Positions 10,875 through 22,769 of a DNA stretch of 40,157 bases are shown here, piece by piece. The position numbers and the translations under genes are program-made. The notes beneath the pieces were generated by a model. It saw only the letters and a list, made by a program, of their open reading frames with translations. It ran no database searches and was not told where the DNA came from. Source of the stretch: Nemertoderma westbladi. Lineage: Eukaryota; Animalia; Xenacoelomorpha. Position 1 is the stretch's first letter. Each line of letters opens with the position of its first letter. Where the stretch lies: the NCBI GenBank assembly GCA_032718475.1, contig JAUCBJ010002719.1:1-40157 (forward strand). The letters run 5' to 3'.

Positions 10875-13800
10875 ATGACTTCTGGGTTGCTGGTCTCCAC
10901 ATTCAGTTTGTTGGGTTTAGGAGGGGCATTTAGGGACTTCCGATATTCTTGCATATTCTCCCGGTGCTTGTTGAGTCGTTTGTGGAGGTGCTGCTCAGTT
11001 TGGCCGAGGTAGTACTGGGTCGGGTGTTCATTACACGTGATTATGTATAAAACATTATGGGACTTACAGTTGAACCGGCCTCGAATATGGTATCCCCATG
11101 GTGTGTGTGGGAGGTCGTTAATCACTGGGCATGTTAGACACCGAGATTGACCACACGGGTGGTTGCCAAGTGCTAGGGTTGGTTCTCGTTTTCGTATAAG
11201 TAATTTACCCAAACTAGGTTCATTACATGGTACAGTTTTTATCGAAAGCCCGTGGGCGTGAAGGCGCTTGTTATGCCTACTGGTAACCGCGTTGAGTGTG
11301 GGAAGAAATTGTGGCGTGGTTGGTAAATACACGATTTGTTCGCTAGGTGGCGCGGGTAGTATTGTAGGCTGTTTAATTTGGGGGAAGGCAGGTGATGGGT
11401 CCCAAGCGTACATAGTTAGAAGGAAGTTAAGGGGATAGCCACGCAATTTACATTTGTCCAAGTATTGGTGCCTATAGACCCTAAAAACTGAATGCGAGTC
11501 AGTCAAACGCCGAATTCGAAGTACTTCAGATTTCACAATAGCCAGGAGGGCAGGTTTATGGTGGAAGCTGGCGTATGCTATCGGGAGTTTGTTAGACATA
11601 TGTTTTCGGTATAGGTGAGTGGAAAGGTCACGCCCTTTGGCTTGGATAGTAATGGCTGTATTGAAAGCGGTTTCTACATTGTTCAATTCTGCATCCGTCA
11701 TCCAGAAGTTAAATATGCCAAGGCTGTCGTCTACTAAGGTCCGGAAGTATTATGGCGTGTACAGTGAGGTGTTAATAGCCCGTTTAATGACGCGGTAGGA
11801 GGTTAATATTGCGTAGTCACCGCTGTGACTCCCGCCCATGGGCGCGCCTGCTGCCTGTTAGTAAAATCCCTCCTTATATTTGAAGTAGTTATGATGTAAC
11901 AGGAATGTGAGAATATCTGCAAGTTGCTCGGAAGAGAATTTACATCAATAAGGGAGGGTGTTGTCTTCTTTTAGTGATTGCATTACAGCTTCTATTCCTA
12001 GTGCGCGGGGTATGGCAGTAAACATATCAATTACGTCTATTGCAATGAACGTAGTGTATTGTGAGTTCCTAGTAGGGAGTGTCTTTTTTAGGTCTAGGGA
12101 ACTTTTTAAGTAGTTTGCAGCATCCGTTACTAGTGGATGTAGGAAGTAGTGCATTAGTTTAGACAAAGGCGTGAAAAACGCGTCAGTATTTGAAATAATT
12201 GGCCTACCTTTGGGAATTAGTTTGCCATTAGGGTGGGTGATCCATTCGTTTTTGGGCTTATGATCTTTTAGGGATATGAACATGTGACCTGTAGTGAATG
12301 TATTGGGGAATAGATGAAGCTTCAGCAAGGGGTTGGTTATAGTGAGTCCATCGAGAAGTTTACTGCATCTTACTCTAAATTTTGCAGTTGGGTCTCCAGG
12401 CAGCCTCTCGTAAGTATTAGTATCTCCTAATATTCTATGAATCTCGAAATCCTTGTCATCATGATCTAACATGATAATGCTATCAGTTTTATCACCCTTG
12501 AGGTAGCTGACGCTGTTATTTCTCTTTAATTGTTTTAGCGCCTTCTGGTGGCAATTAGATAGATTCGGTGGGTGTGTTTTATTTAGATTCACACAATTAG
12601 TTCTATCCAGGTCTATCAATTAGGTCCGTTATATACCATTCTATGCGGAAGTCATCTACCCTTGCAGATACATAACGGGCATGGGTAAAGAAGGGGGGAT
12701 CGGGTGGTCGTGGCAGGGGGTTCAAGTGATCAATCTCAGGTATGATATTGAGTCTACTGGGTCGCTGTGAGCTGACGTGGTGTCCCTTAGTCTTCGACCG
12801 TGTTCGTGCTGATGGGGTGTCTGCTGTTGGTAATGATGTCGACGTAATTCCGGTTTGCGGGTCGTGCAGGGGGGTCTGTGGTGTTGGTCCCGAGACAGGA
12901 GGAGGCAGGAGTGGGCTAGTCAGATCAATCTCAGGAACGGATATTAGACAGGAGGGCCGGTCTGGGATGTTAGTCTGGTCTTTGGTCTTGCTCCGCGTTC
13001 TCGTTGTGGTGGACAATTGCGATGGGGTATACGCAGATTGGGTGCTGATGCCTACACCCACATGTACACAACCTGACGTGGGGAAGAGACAACGCCGTCT
13101 CCCTGGATGTGCGTCGCGTACTTGCTTCTTAACAGTGGGGTTGTTAGCCGTTTGGGTATGATAAACTGGGGGGTGGGGGGCAGCGCTCCCTTTCTGTGGG
13201 GTGAGTGCGCTACCTAGGGTAGTAGTTACCTTAGTAATTGGAGGTCTCATCGCTAGGCTGTTTAAGCGTTTGTGTCTGTTGCGCAATTTAGTTGCTGCAA
13301 TGGAAACATCTACTTTTGCTTCAAACCGATGGGCGGATGTAGTGCCCCGGTGAGGGATTTAGCTAAATCCCAGCCCAAGAAGCTCTTCTTGATCCTTGGA
13401 TAATGTGGTGCTCGATAGATTATTGATTCTAGCCTCCATGATTGGGAAGGGGTTGGTAGATAGTGGGTCATCGGGTTGGAGGTCACGTGGTAGCCGCGCT
13501 CCGGGGTTGTTAGCTACATCTAGCGTTAGTGCCAGGTCCATTGTGTAGAAGCCCATGTTATAATCGAATTGGTAATCCAAACGGTTACATGCGGCTTCAG
13601 TTTCGCGGTTGGCTACGATAGGTAACCAAAAGGTTAGGAAATCAATCGCGCTGTAGTCACCTGTAGCTTGGGCTTCTCTTAGAAGCCCGTTGTAAAACGT
13701 GCGAAAACAAACCTGTGATCGAGAGAGCTGTTTGTATTTATTCACGATCTCCAACCGAAACATTTTCTGTAGGAGTGATCCGTATAAGCTGGGGTAGAAT

Positions 13801-14762
13801 TTGAGTACCGACCGAATCCGTGTTGCCATGAACTGGGGTGGGAATTTTGCATTTCGACAGGATTTGAAATAATCAATTTGTTGAACCGTGCGTACTTGGT
13901 TTAATTTAAATTTGAGACAGTTTCTGACATCGCTAATTGCCCTTTTGTTTAAGTTTAAATATGAAGCGAGTTTGAAAGATGTCGTTCGCGGCGAATACAT
14001 GCTAATATCGAGTTATATTGGTGTTGTAAGGGTCTAAGCCACGATTCTAAGTAAAACAAATTCCTTTTTATCATATGGCCATTTCGTGTATTAACACACG
14101 TCTTCAGTGATATAAATATATATCAAAATGTTTACATAATTTACATATTAAAATAAGTACGTACGTGGTTAAATTTAATTGAATAATACTGTAAAAGATA
14201 CTAATTTATACGAGGCTATCGTACAGTACATGCCTGGTTATTTTCGGATGAACAATCGATAAAATGCGAAGTGTGAATAAAATATGAGCAGTGGTAAAAA
14301 GAGAGATTAGGCGGACATGGAGGATAAGTTAAATTAAAATAGGTAAGGAAAATAAAGTTAAATATATAATAATGTGATACTTTTCGGATGAACATTCGAT
14401 AAAATGCGAAGTGTGACTAAGGATGGGTAGATACAATTAATTAAGTTAAAATAAGTAAAAATAAATAAAAAGATATACGGCAATTCAGGTATGGACGGCT
14501 AGGAAGGTACAATTAAATAAAATGAAATAAAGTGAAATTAAATAAAATAAAATTATTTAAAACATGAGCAGACAATCGATAAAATTCATAAAATGGGATA
14601 AATTTGATAGATGACACCACAATGCTAGAATAAATTACTGCAGGTCTAGCTGCTGTTGAAACGAGCCGCAAACAATAATAAAATATATAATATAATATAA
14701 CACCACCATTGAAGTTACGCTATTGTAATACAAAGTGAATCGAGTTACAAAAAGCAGAATGA
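10875..14762 (-). mobile_element. Penelope-like element, unit 1 (3'-truncated within the GIY-YIG domain) plus ~760-bp inter-unit non-coding region
   Basis: ORF from ATG at 14000 broken by stops and frameshifts. RT motifs GRPIIS and IDVIDMFTAIP; CxxxxCxxC linker; GIY-YIG NVLYIITC...YYLGQT...RLNKH. Carries an in-frame deletion near 11653 relative to units 2 and 3. Confidence 0.93.
14069..14112 (-). ncRNA. minimal type I hammerhead ribozyme (Penelope pLTR)
   Basis: The - strand reads TATCA-CTGAAGA-C-GTGT(GTTAAT)ACAC-GAAA-TGGCC-ATA-TGATA: stem I, CUGAnGA core, stem II, GAAA, palindromic stem III and an AUA cleavage triplet. Confidence 0.78.
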
Positions 14763-17700
14763 TTAGTATAATGGTGGAATAACTTTGTTGAGGGGAGGGC
14801 GGTGTAAATTAATAAGGATGGCTTCGGTGTGAATACGCCGGTGGTGATTACGAAATTGCTGTACGCACGTAACAGTATATTTCCGACACTGGGCGAAGTG
14901 TTCCAGAAGGATGACTTCTGGGTTGCTGGTCACCACATTCAGTTTGTTGGGTTTAGGAGGGGCATTTAGGGACTTCCGATATTCTTGGATATTCTCCCGG
15001 TGCTTGTTGAGTCGTTTGTGGAGGTGCTGCTCAGTTTGGCCGAGGTAGTACTGGGTCGGGTGTTCATTACACGTGATTATGTATAAAACATTATGGGACT
15101 TACAGTTGAACCGGCCTCGAATACGGTCTCCCCATGGTGTGTGTGGGAGGTCGTTAATCACTGGGCATGTTAGACACCGAGATTGACCACACGGGTGGTT
15201 GCCAAGTGCTAGGGTTGGTTCTCGTTTTCGTATAAGTAATTTACCCAAACTAGGTTCATTACGTGGTACAGTTTTTATCGAAAGCCCGTGGGCGTGAAGG
15301 CGTTTGTTATGCCTACTGGTAACCGCGTTGAGTGTGGGAAGAAATTGTGGCGTGGTTGGTAAATACACGATTTGTTCGCTAGGTGGCGCGGGTAGTATTG
15401 TAGGCTGTTTAATTTGGGGGAAGGCAGGTGATGGGTCCCAAGCGTACATAGTTAGAAGGAAGTTAAGGGGATAGCCACGCAATTTACATTTGTCCAAGTA
15501 TTGGTGCCTATAGACCCTAAAAACTGAATGCGAGTCAGTCAAACGCCGAATTCGAAGTACTTCAGATTTCACAATAGCCAGGAGGGCAGGTTTATTGTGG
15601 AAGCTGGCGTATGCTATCGGGAGTTTGTTAGACATAGGTTTTCGGTATAGGTGAGTGGAAAGGTCACGCCCTTTGGCTTAGATAGTAATGTCTAAATAAT
15701 TGATTGATTTTCTTGATGAATTAAATGTAAATTGTATCGCATTGCAGCCATACAGGTGGCTACATGCTGTATTGAAAGCGGTTTCTACATTGTTCAATTC
15801 TGCATCCGTCATCCAGAAGTTAAATATGCCAAGGCTGTCGTCTACTAAGGTCCGGAAGTAATATGGCGTGTACAGTGAAGTGTTAATAGCCAGTTTAATG
15901 ACGCGGTAGGAGGTTAATATTGCGTAGTCACCGCTGTGACTCCCGCCCATGGGCGCGCCTGCTACCTGTAAGTAAAATCCCTCCTTATATTTGAAGTAGT
16001 TATGATGTAACAGGAATGTGAGAATATCTGCGAGTTGCTCGGAAGAGAATTTACATCGATAAGGGAGGGTGTTGTCTTCTTTTAGTGATTGCATTACAGC
16101 TTCTATTCCTAGTGCGTGGGGTATGGCAGTAAACATATCAATTACGTCTATTGCAATGAACGTAGTGTATTGTGAGTTCCTAGTAGGGAGTGTCTGTTTT
16201 AGGTCTAGGGAACTTTTTAAGTAGTTTGCAGCATCCGTTACTAGTGGATGTAGGAAGTAGTGCATTAGTTTAGACAAAGGCGTGAAAAACGCGTCAGTAT
16301 TTGAAATAATTGGCCTACCTTTGGGAATTAGTTTGCCATTAGGGTGGGTGATCCATTCGTTTTTGGGCTTATGATCTTTTAGGGATATGAACATGTGACC
16401 TGTAGTGAATGTATTGGGGAATAGATGAAGCTTCAGCAAGGGGTTGTTTATAGTGAGTCCATCGAGAAGTTTTCTGCATCTTACTCTAAATTTTGCAGTT
16501 GGGTCTCCAGGCAGCCTCTCGTAAGTATTAGTATCTCCTAATATTCTACGAATCTCGAAATCCTTGTCATCATGATCTAACATGAAATGCTATCAGTTTT
16601 ATCACCCTTGAGGTAGCTGACGCTGTTATTTCTCTTTAATTGTTTTAGCGCCTTCTGGTGGCAATTAGATAGATTCGGTGGGTGTGTTTTATTTAGATTC
16701 ACACAATTAGTTCTATCCACGGCTCGGTGTAGGTCCGTTATATACGATTCTATGCGGAAGTCATCTACCCTTGCAGATACATAACGGGCATGGGTAAAGA
16801 AGGGGGGATCGGGTGGTCGTGGCAGGGGGTTCAAGTGATCAATCTCAGGTATGATATTGAGTCTACAGGGTCGCTGTGAGCTGACGTGGTGTCCCTTAGT
16901 CTTCGACCGTGTTCGTGCTGATGGGGTGTCTGCTGTTGGTAATGATGTCGACGTAATTCCGGTTTGCGGGTCGTGCAGGGGGGTCTGTGGTGTTGGTCAC
17001 GAGACAGGAGGAGGCAGGAGTGGGCTAGTCAGATCAATCTCAGGAACGGATATTAGACAGGAGGGCCGGTCTGGGATGTTAGTCTGGTCTTTGGTCTTGC
17101 TCCGCATTCTCGTTGTGGTGGACAATTGCGATGGGGTATACGCAGATTGGGTGCTGATGCCTACACCCACATGTACACAACCTGACGTGGGGAAGAGACA
17201 ACGCCGTCTCCCTGGATGTGCGTCACGTACTTGCTTCTTAACAGTGGGGTTGTTAGCCGTTTGGGTATGATAAACTGGGGGGTGGGGGGCAGCGCTCCCT
17301 TTCTGTGGGGTGAGTGTGCTACCTAGGGTAGTAGTTACCTTAGTAATTGGAGGTGTCATCGCTAGGCTGTTTAAGCGTTTGTGTCTGTTGCGCAATTTAG
17401 TTGCTGCAATGGAAACATCTACTTTTGCTTCAAACCGATGGGCAGATGTAGTGCCCCGGTGAGGGATGTAGCTAAATCCCAGCCCAAGAAGCTCTTATTG
17501 ATCCTTGGATAATGTGGTGCTAGATAGATTATTGATTCTAGCCTCCATGATCGGGAAGGGGTTGGTAGATAGTGGGTCATCGGGTTGGACGTCACGTGGT
17601 AGCCGCGCTCCGGGGTTGTTAGCTACATCTAGCGTTAGTGCCAGGTCCATTGTGTAGAAGCCCATGTTATAATCGAATTGGTAATCCAAACGGTTACATG

Positions 17701-18109
17701 CGGCTTCAGTTTCGCGGTTGGCTACGATAGGTAACCAAAAGGTTAGGAAATCGATCGAGCAGTAGTCACCTGTAGCTTGGGCTTCTCTTAGAAGCCTGTT
17801 GTAAAACGTGCGAAAACAAACCTGTGATCGAGAGAGCTGTTTGTATTTATTCACAATCTCCAACCAAAACATTTTCTGTAGGAGTGATCCGTATAAGCTG
17901 GGGTAGAATTTGAGTACCGACCGAATCCGTGTTGCCATGAACTGGGGTGGGAATTTTGCATTTCGACAGGATTTGAAATAATCAATTTGTTGAACCGTGC
18001 GTACTTGGTTTAATTTAAATTTGAGACAGTTTCTGACATCGCTAATTGCCCTTTTGTTTAAGTTTAAATATGAAGCGAATTTGAAAGATGTCGTTCGCGG
18101 CGAATACAT
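14763..18109 (-). pseudogene. Penelope-like element unit 2, full-length RT + GIY-YIG ORF (~1115 codons) with disabling mutations; Neptune-like Cys linker
   Basis: ORF-track pieces 17495-18109, 16997-17395, 16577-16834, 15678-16583 and 14763-15635 join into one polyprotein: IDVIDMFTAIP, GAPMGGSHSG, LVDD, INYLDITI, PCGQSRCLTC, GIY-YIG and terminal EAILINLHRPPLN. Confidence 0.93.
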
Positions 18110-18177
18110 GCTAAAATCGAGTTATATTGGTGTTGTAAGGGTCTAAGCCACGATTCTAAGTAAAACAAATTCCTTTT

Positions 18178-18221
18178 TATCATATGGCCATTTCGTGTAT
18201 TAACACACGTTTTCAGTGATA
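18178..18221 (-). ncRNA. hammerhead ribozyme copy with core mutation (CUGAAAA), probably inactive
   Basis: Same as 14069-14112 except at position 18211, which changes the conserved G8 of CUGAnGA to A. Confidence 0.65.
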
Positions 18222-18306
18222 TAAATATATATTAAAATGTTTACATAATTTACATATTAAAATAAGTACGTACGTGGTTAAATTTAATTGAATAATACTG
18301 TAAAAG

Positions 18307-19366
18307 ACAAGCTGGCAAGCCTGGAAGGTTCACGGTCCTCCTACTTAATCAGTACAATAATAATACGTTTTCGTTCGGGTAGGCCTATGTTTCCTTTTCA
18401 CTTGTTCCCATCGTAGGCGACCTCATGCTCCTGTGCTCATCCCACCACGACCACGACCACCAGTTACGAGTTGGGTAGGCGTCTACCGGCAACCGGTAAG
18501 TAATTACGCGCCACACGACGTCATCCCGCCATCCGCCAACATTTATACTGGTACGGTAAGCCTACCACCTACCGGCTGGCTACCATCGCACCGTAGGTCT
18601 ACCGCCTACGCCTACCGGTCAACCGGTAACGGTAGGCTACCGCGTACCGGTACAGCGGTACTCAAAGTCGTACCGGTATTGTCGTAATTGACAAATGCAG
18701 GATTAAACCGTAACCCGTTCCAGTACCGGTACCATATGCATCTGAACGACTGGACGGTTAATCTCATAGCATAGCTGCATAGGCCTACTGGTAGTCAGTG
18801 CGAAGTCGCCTGCGAACATGGCGAAATATTATATTTACTGCTAGGGCTAGGCTAGGACCTACTGCTGTACTGACCTATGACAGTATGAAGATAGGCAGAT
18901 AGGCCTACAGTGGTCAGGTAGTACCGGTCCGGTATGCCTACTACAGGCAGACAATCAGACAGTACTAGCAGTGCTAATTAATTACCTTAATTAAATCTTC
19001 AATTAGGTCATAATGTAGGTCCAAATTTAAAAATCGGCCTCCGTTAATCGATTTACAAATAATTCAGGTACCTCCATGCCAAATATCAGAATCATTCATT
19101 GCGTTCCCTATGACAAGATAGCTTTTTCCTAAACCATGCGAAAACACGCAAATATAGCGCTCACATCGCACAAATACCATCTCGACACCCAATTTTTTGT
19201 ATGAGCCTTCGCCATCCCTATATCTAACTTTTGTCCAAATTTTGTTTCGATTGATTAATAAATAACTGAGATATCGCTCTGGACACACACACACACACAC
19301 ACACTAACACACACACACACACACATTACGGTAATAATGGTCACCTATGTCAAGGACCGTGAACCA
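18307..19366 (-). mobile_element. HINE/DINE-1-like non-autonomous Helentron inserted in the Penelope pLTR
   Basis: Absent from the homologous site at ~14197; no TSD; 13-bp subterminal inverted repeats GGTTCACGGTCCT (18327-18339) and AGGACCGTGAACC (19353-19365); (CA)n microsatellite near one end; short hairpin outside the sub-TIR at the other end. Confidence 0.75.
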
Positions 19367-21351
19367 ATACTAATTTATACGAGGCTATCGTACAGTACAT
19401 GCCTGGTTATTTTCGGATGAACAATCGATAAAATGCGAAGTGTGACTAAGGATGGGTAGATACAATTAATTAAGTTAAAATAAGTAAATATAAATAAAAA
19501 GATATACGGAAATTCAGGTATGGACGGCTAGGAAGGTACAATTAAATAAAATGAAATAAAGTGAAATGAAATAAAATAAAATTATTTAAAACATGAGCAG
19601 ACAATCGATAAAATTCATAAAATGGGATAAAGTTGATAGATGACACCACAATGCTAGAATAAATTACTGCAGGTCTAGCAGCTGTTGAAACGAGCCGCAA
19701 ACAATAATAAAATATATAATATAATATAACACCACCATTGAAGTTACGCTATTGTAATACAAAGTGAATCGAGTTACAAAAAGCAGAATGATTAGTATAA
19801 TGGTGGAATAACTTTGTTGAGGGGAGGGTGGTGTAAATTAATAAGGATGGCTTCGGTGTGAATACGCCGGTGGTGATTACGAAATTGCTGTACGCACGTA
19901 ACAGTATATTTCCGACACTGGGCGAAGTGTTCCAGAAGGATGACTTCTGGGTTGCTGGTCACCACATTCAGTTTGTTGGGTTTAGGAGGGGCATTTAGGG
20001 ACTTCCGATATTCTTGGATATTCTCCCGGTGCTTGTTGAGTCGTTTGTGGAGGTGCTGCTCAGTTTGGCCGAGGTAGTACTGGGTCGGGTGTTCATTACA
20101 CGTGATTATGTATAAAACATTATGGGACTTACAGTTGAACCGGCCTCGAATACGGTCTCCCCATGGTGTGTGTGGGAGGTCGTTAATCACTGGGCATGTT
20201 AGACACCGAGATTGACCACACGGGTGGTTGCCAAGTGCTAGGGTTGGTTCTCGTTTTCGTATAAGTAATTTACCCAAACTAGGTTCATTTACGTGGTACA
20301 GTTTTTATCGAAAGCCCGTGGGCGTGAAGGCGTTTGTTATGCCTACTGGTAACCGCGTTGAGTGTGGGAAGAAATTGTGGCGTGGTTGGTAAATACACGA
20401 TTTGTTCGCTAGGTGGCGCAGGTAGTATTGTAGGCTGTTTAATTTGAGGGAAGGCAGGTGATGGGTCCCAAGCGTACATAGTTAGAAGGAAGTTAAGGGG
20501 ATAGCCACGCAATTTACATTTGTCCAAGTATTGGTGCCTATAGACCCTAAAAACTGAATGCGAGTCAGTCAAACGCCGAATTCGAAGTACTTCAGATTTC
20601 ACAATAGCCAGGAGGGCAGGTTTATGGTGGAAGCTGGCGTATGCTATCGGGAGTTTGTTAGACATAGGTTTTCGGTATAGGTGAGTGGAAAGGTCACGCC
20701 CTTTGGCTTGGATAGTAATGTCTAAATAATTGATTGATTTTCTTGATGAATTAAATGTAAATTGTATCGCATTGCAGCCATACAGGTGGCTACATGCTGT
20801 ATTGAAAGCGGTTTCTACATTGTTCAATTCTGCATCCGTCATCCAGAAGTTAAATATGCCAAGGCTGTCGTCTACTAAGGTCCGGAAGTAATATGGCGTG
20901 TACACAGTGAGGTGTTAATAGCCCGTTTAATGACGCGGTAGGAGGTTAATATTATGTATTCACCGCTGTGACTCCCACCCATGGGCGCGCCTGCTACCTG
21001 TAAGTTAAATCCCTCCTTATATTTGAAGTAGTTATGATGTAAACGGAATGTGAGAATATCTGCGAGTTGCTCGGAAGATAATTTACATCGATAAGGGAGG
21101 GTGTTGTCTTCTTTTAGTGATTGCATTACAGCTTCTATTCCTAGTGCGTGGGGTATGGCAGTAAACATATCAATTACGTCTATTGCAATGAACGTAGTGT
21201 ATTGTGAGTTCCTAGTAGGGAGTGCCTGTTTTAGGTCTAGGGAACTTTTTAAGTAGTTTGCAGCATCCGTTACTAGTGGATGTAGGAAGTAGTGCATTAG
21301 TTTAGACAAAGGCGTGAAAAACGCGTCAGTATTTGAAATAATTGGCCTACC
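19367..21351 (-). mobile_element. Penelope-like element: remainder of inter-unit region plus unit 3 (5'-truncated at GRPIIS)
   Basis: Near-identical to ~14198-16320, with frameshifts; lacks the ~140-bp segment between the two TTTTCGGATGAACA.TCGATAAAATGCGAAGTGTGA repeats seen at 14241 and 14381. Confidence 0.92.
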
Positions 21352-21636
21352 GCTGCTCATATTTTATTCACACTTCGCATTTTATCGATTGTTCATCCGA
21401 AAATAACCAGGCATGTACTGTACGATAGCCTCGTATAAATTAGTATCTTTTACAGTATTATTCAATTAAATTTAACCACGTACGTACTTATTTTAATATG
21501 TAAATTATGTAAACATTTTAATATATATTTATATCACTGAAGACGTGTGTTAATACACGAAATGGCCATATGATAAAAAGGAATTTGTTTTACTTAGAAT
21601 CGTGGCTTAGACCCTTACAACACCAATATAACTCGA
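21348..21636 (+). mobile_element. inverted Penelope pLTR segment
   Basis: Reverse complement of ~14008-14296, joined to unit 3 through TACC microhomology. Confidence 0.9.
21532..21575 (+). ncRNA. minimal hammerhead ribozyme, intact core
   Basis: TATCACTGAAGACGTGTGTTAATACACGAAATGGCCATATGATA on the + strand. Confidence 0.78.
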
Positions 21637-22750
21637 CTTTCCACTGTGGCTCGAAAGAACTTAGTCTTCAGGTGCCTAGAGAGATCTGATTTCCAGATGG
21701 TATCCATTTTTGATAGAGCTACCCAAGCCTTTGCTTTCCTAACTTCTATGTCTTTTTTGCTACTTTCTATCCATGATCCAAGGTACTGGAAGTCATCGAC
21801 CTTCCTTAGTTGATTATTATCAATGGTTGTCAAGTTCCCATCAATATTAAAGGTCATGAATTCGGTCCTGTAGCATTTATATGCAATCCAACCTCCTTGG
21901 CAGCCCTCTCCACTTTATTTGGTAGAAGCTGTGCATCTGCTAGCGTATTAGAGATGTCATCCGCAAAGTCGGTTTCTGTGACTGTAGTTGCCGGATATCT
22001 ACTACTTCTGCGTTCTTGAAGTGTGAATCCCAGATCTTCACCTTTTGTGGCCATCCTCATTGCGTAATCCAGCACAATTACAAATAGTAATGGTGCTAAT
22101 GTGTCACCTTGGAGTACGCCAGCCAGGATTGAGAAAAACTCAGTTGCACCATCTGGTGAGAGTACCTGCGCTTCTGTGTCACAATATAACAATCCAATGC
22201 CAGCAACAATTACTTCTGGTATTCCATAAGCTCTTAGGATTTCAAGCATTTTACCTCTATGGATGAAGTCGAATGCCTTCTTGAAGTCCACAAAAGTCAT
22301 GACTGCGGGGAGATTCTTTGACTTAATTCCTTCAATCAGTCTCCGTAGTGCAAGTATCTGAGCTATTGTTGATCTACTTGGTCGAAATCCGTTTTGGCTC
22401 TTACGCAGTAGTTTCTCTATGTGAGGCCTAATCCTATATAGAATCATTTTATTGTATATTTTGGCAGTTACCACAAGCAGACAGATCCCACGATAGTTTG
22501 TTGGTATGCCGAGGTCTCATTTCTTGGGGAGAGGCTTTAGTTGACCTTTAGTCCAAATTGGTGGTGGCTTTTCCCCTTTTAACATACGGTTGCAAACATT
22601 CAATAATGGTCTGTTTAGCACTCCGGTTTTCCATACCTCCACTGGGATTTCATCTAATCCACTCGCTTTATTATTGGACATGCTTTTAATGCTTCTTTGG
22701 AGTTCGGCAGGTGTGAAGTCCCCTGTTTCTATAGGTAGTGTCTTGTCACT
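21636..22750 (-). mobile_element. RTE-like LINE family 2, copy B, RT part (5'-truncated)
   Basis: ASGLDEIPVEVWK, QNGFRPSRST, FVDFKKAFD, GVLQGDTLAPLLF, DFADD, FQYLGS, FFRATVES; continues at 10874 after the Penelope insertion. Confidence 0.9.
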
Positions 22751-22769
22751 AAAGGACATATATAAATGT

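Noticed and set aside
12742-17270. 139-aa + strand ORFs conserved in two Penelope units (12742-13161, 16851-17270)
   Set aside because: Antisense shadows of the Pro/Thr-rich region; the conservation only reflects near-identical copies.
10875-21351. Recoding (selenocysteine UGA or programmed frameshift) in the Penelope ORF
   Set aside because: The stops checked are TAA and differ between units (13359 versus 17495), as do the frameshifts, which indicates random decay.
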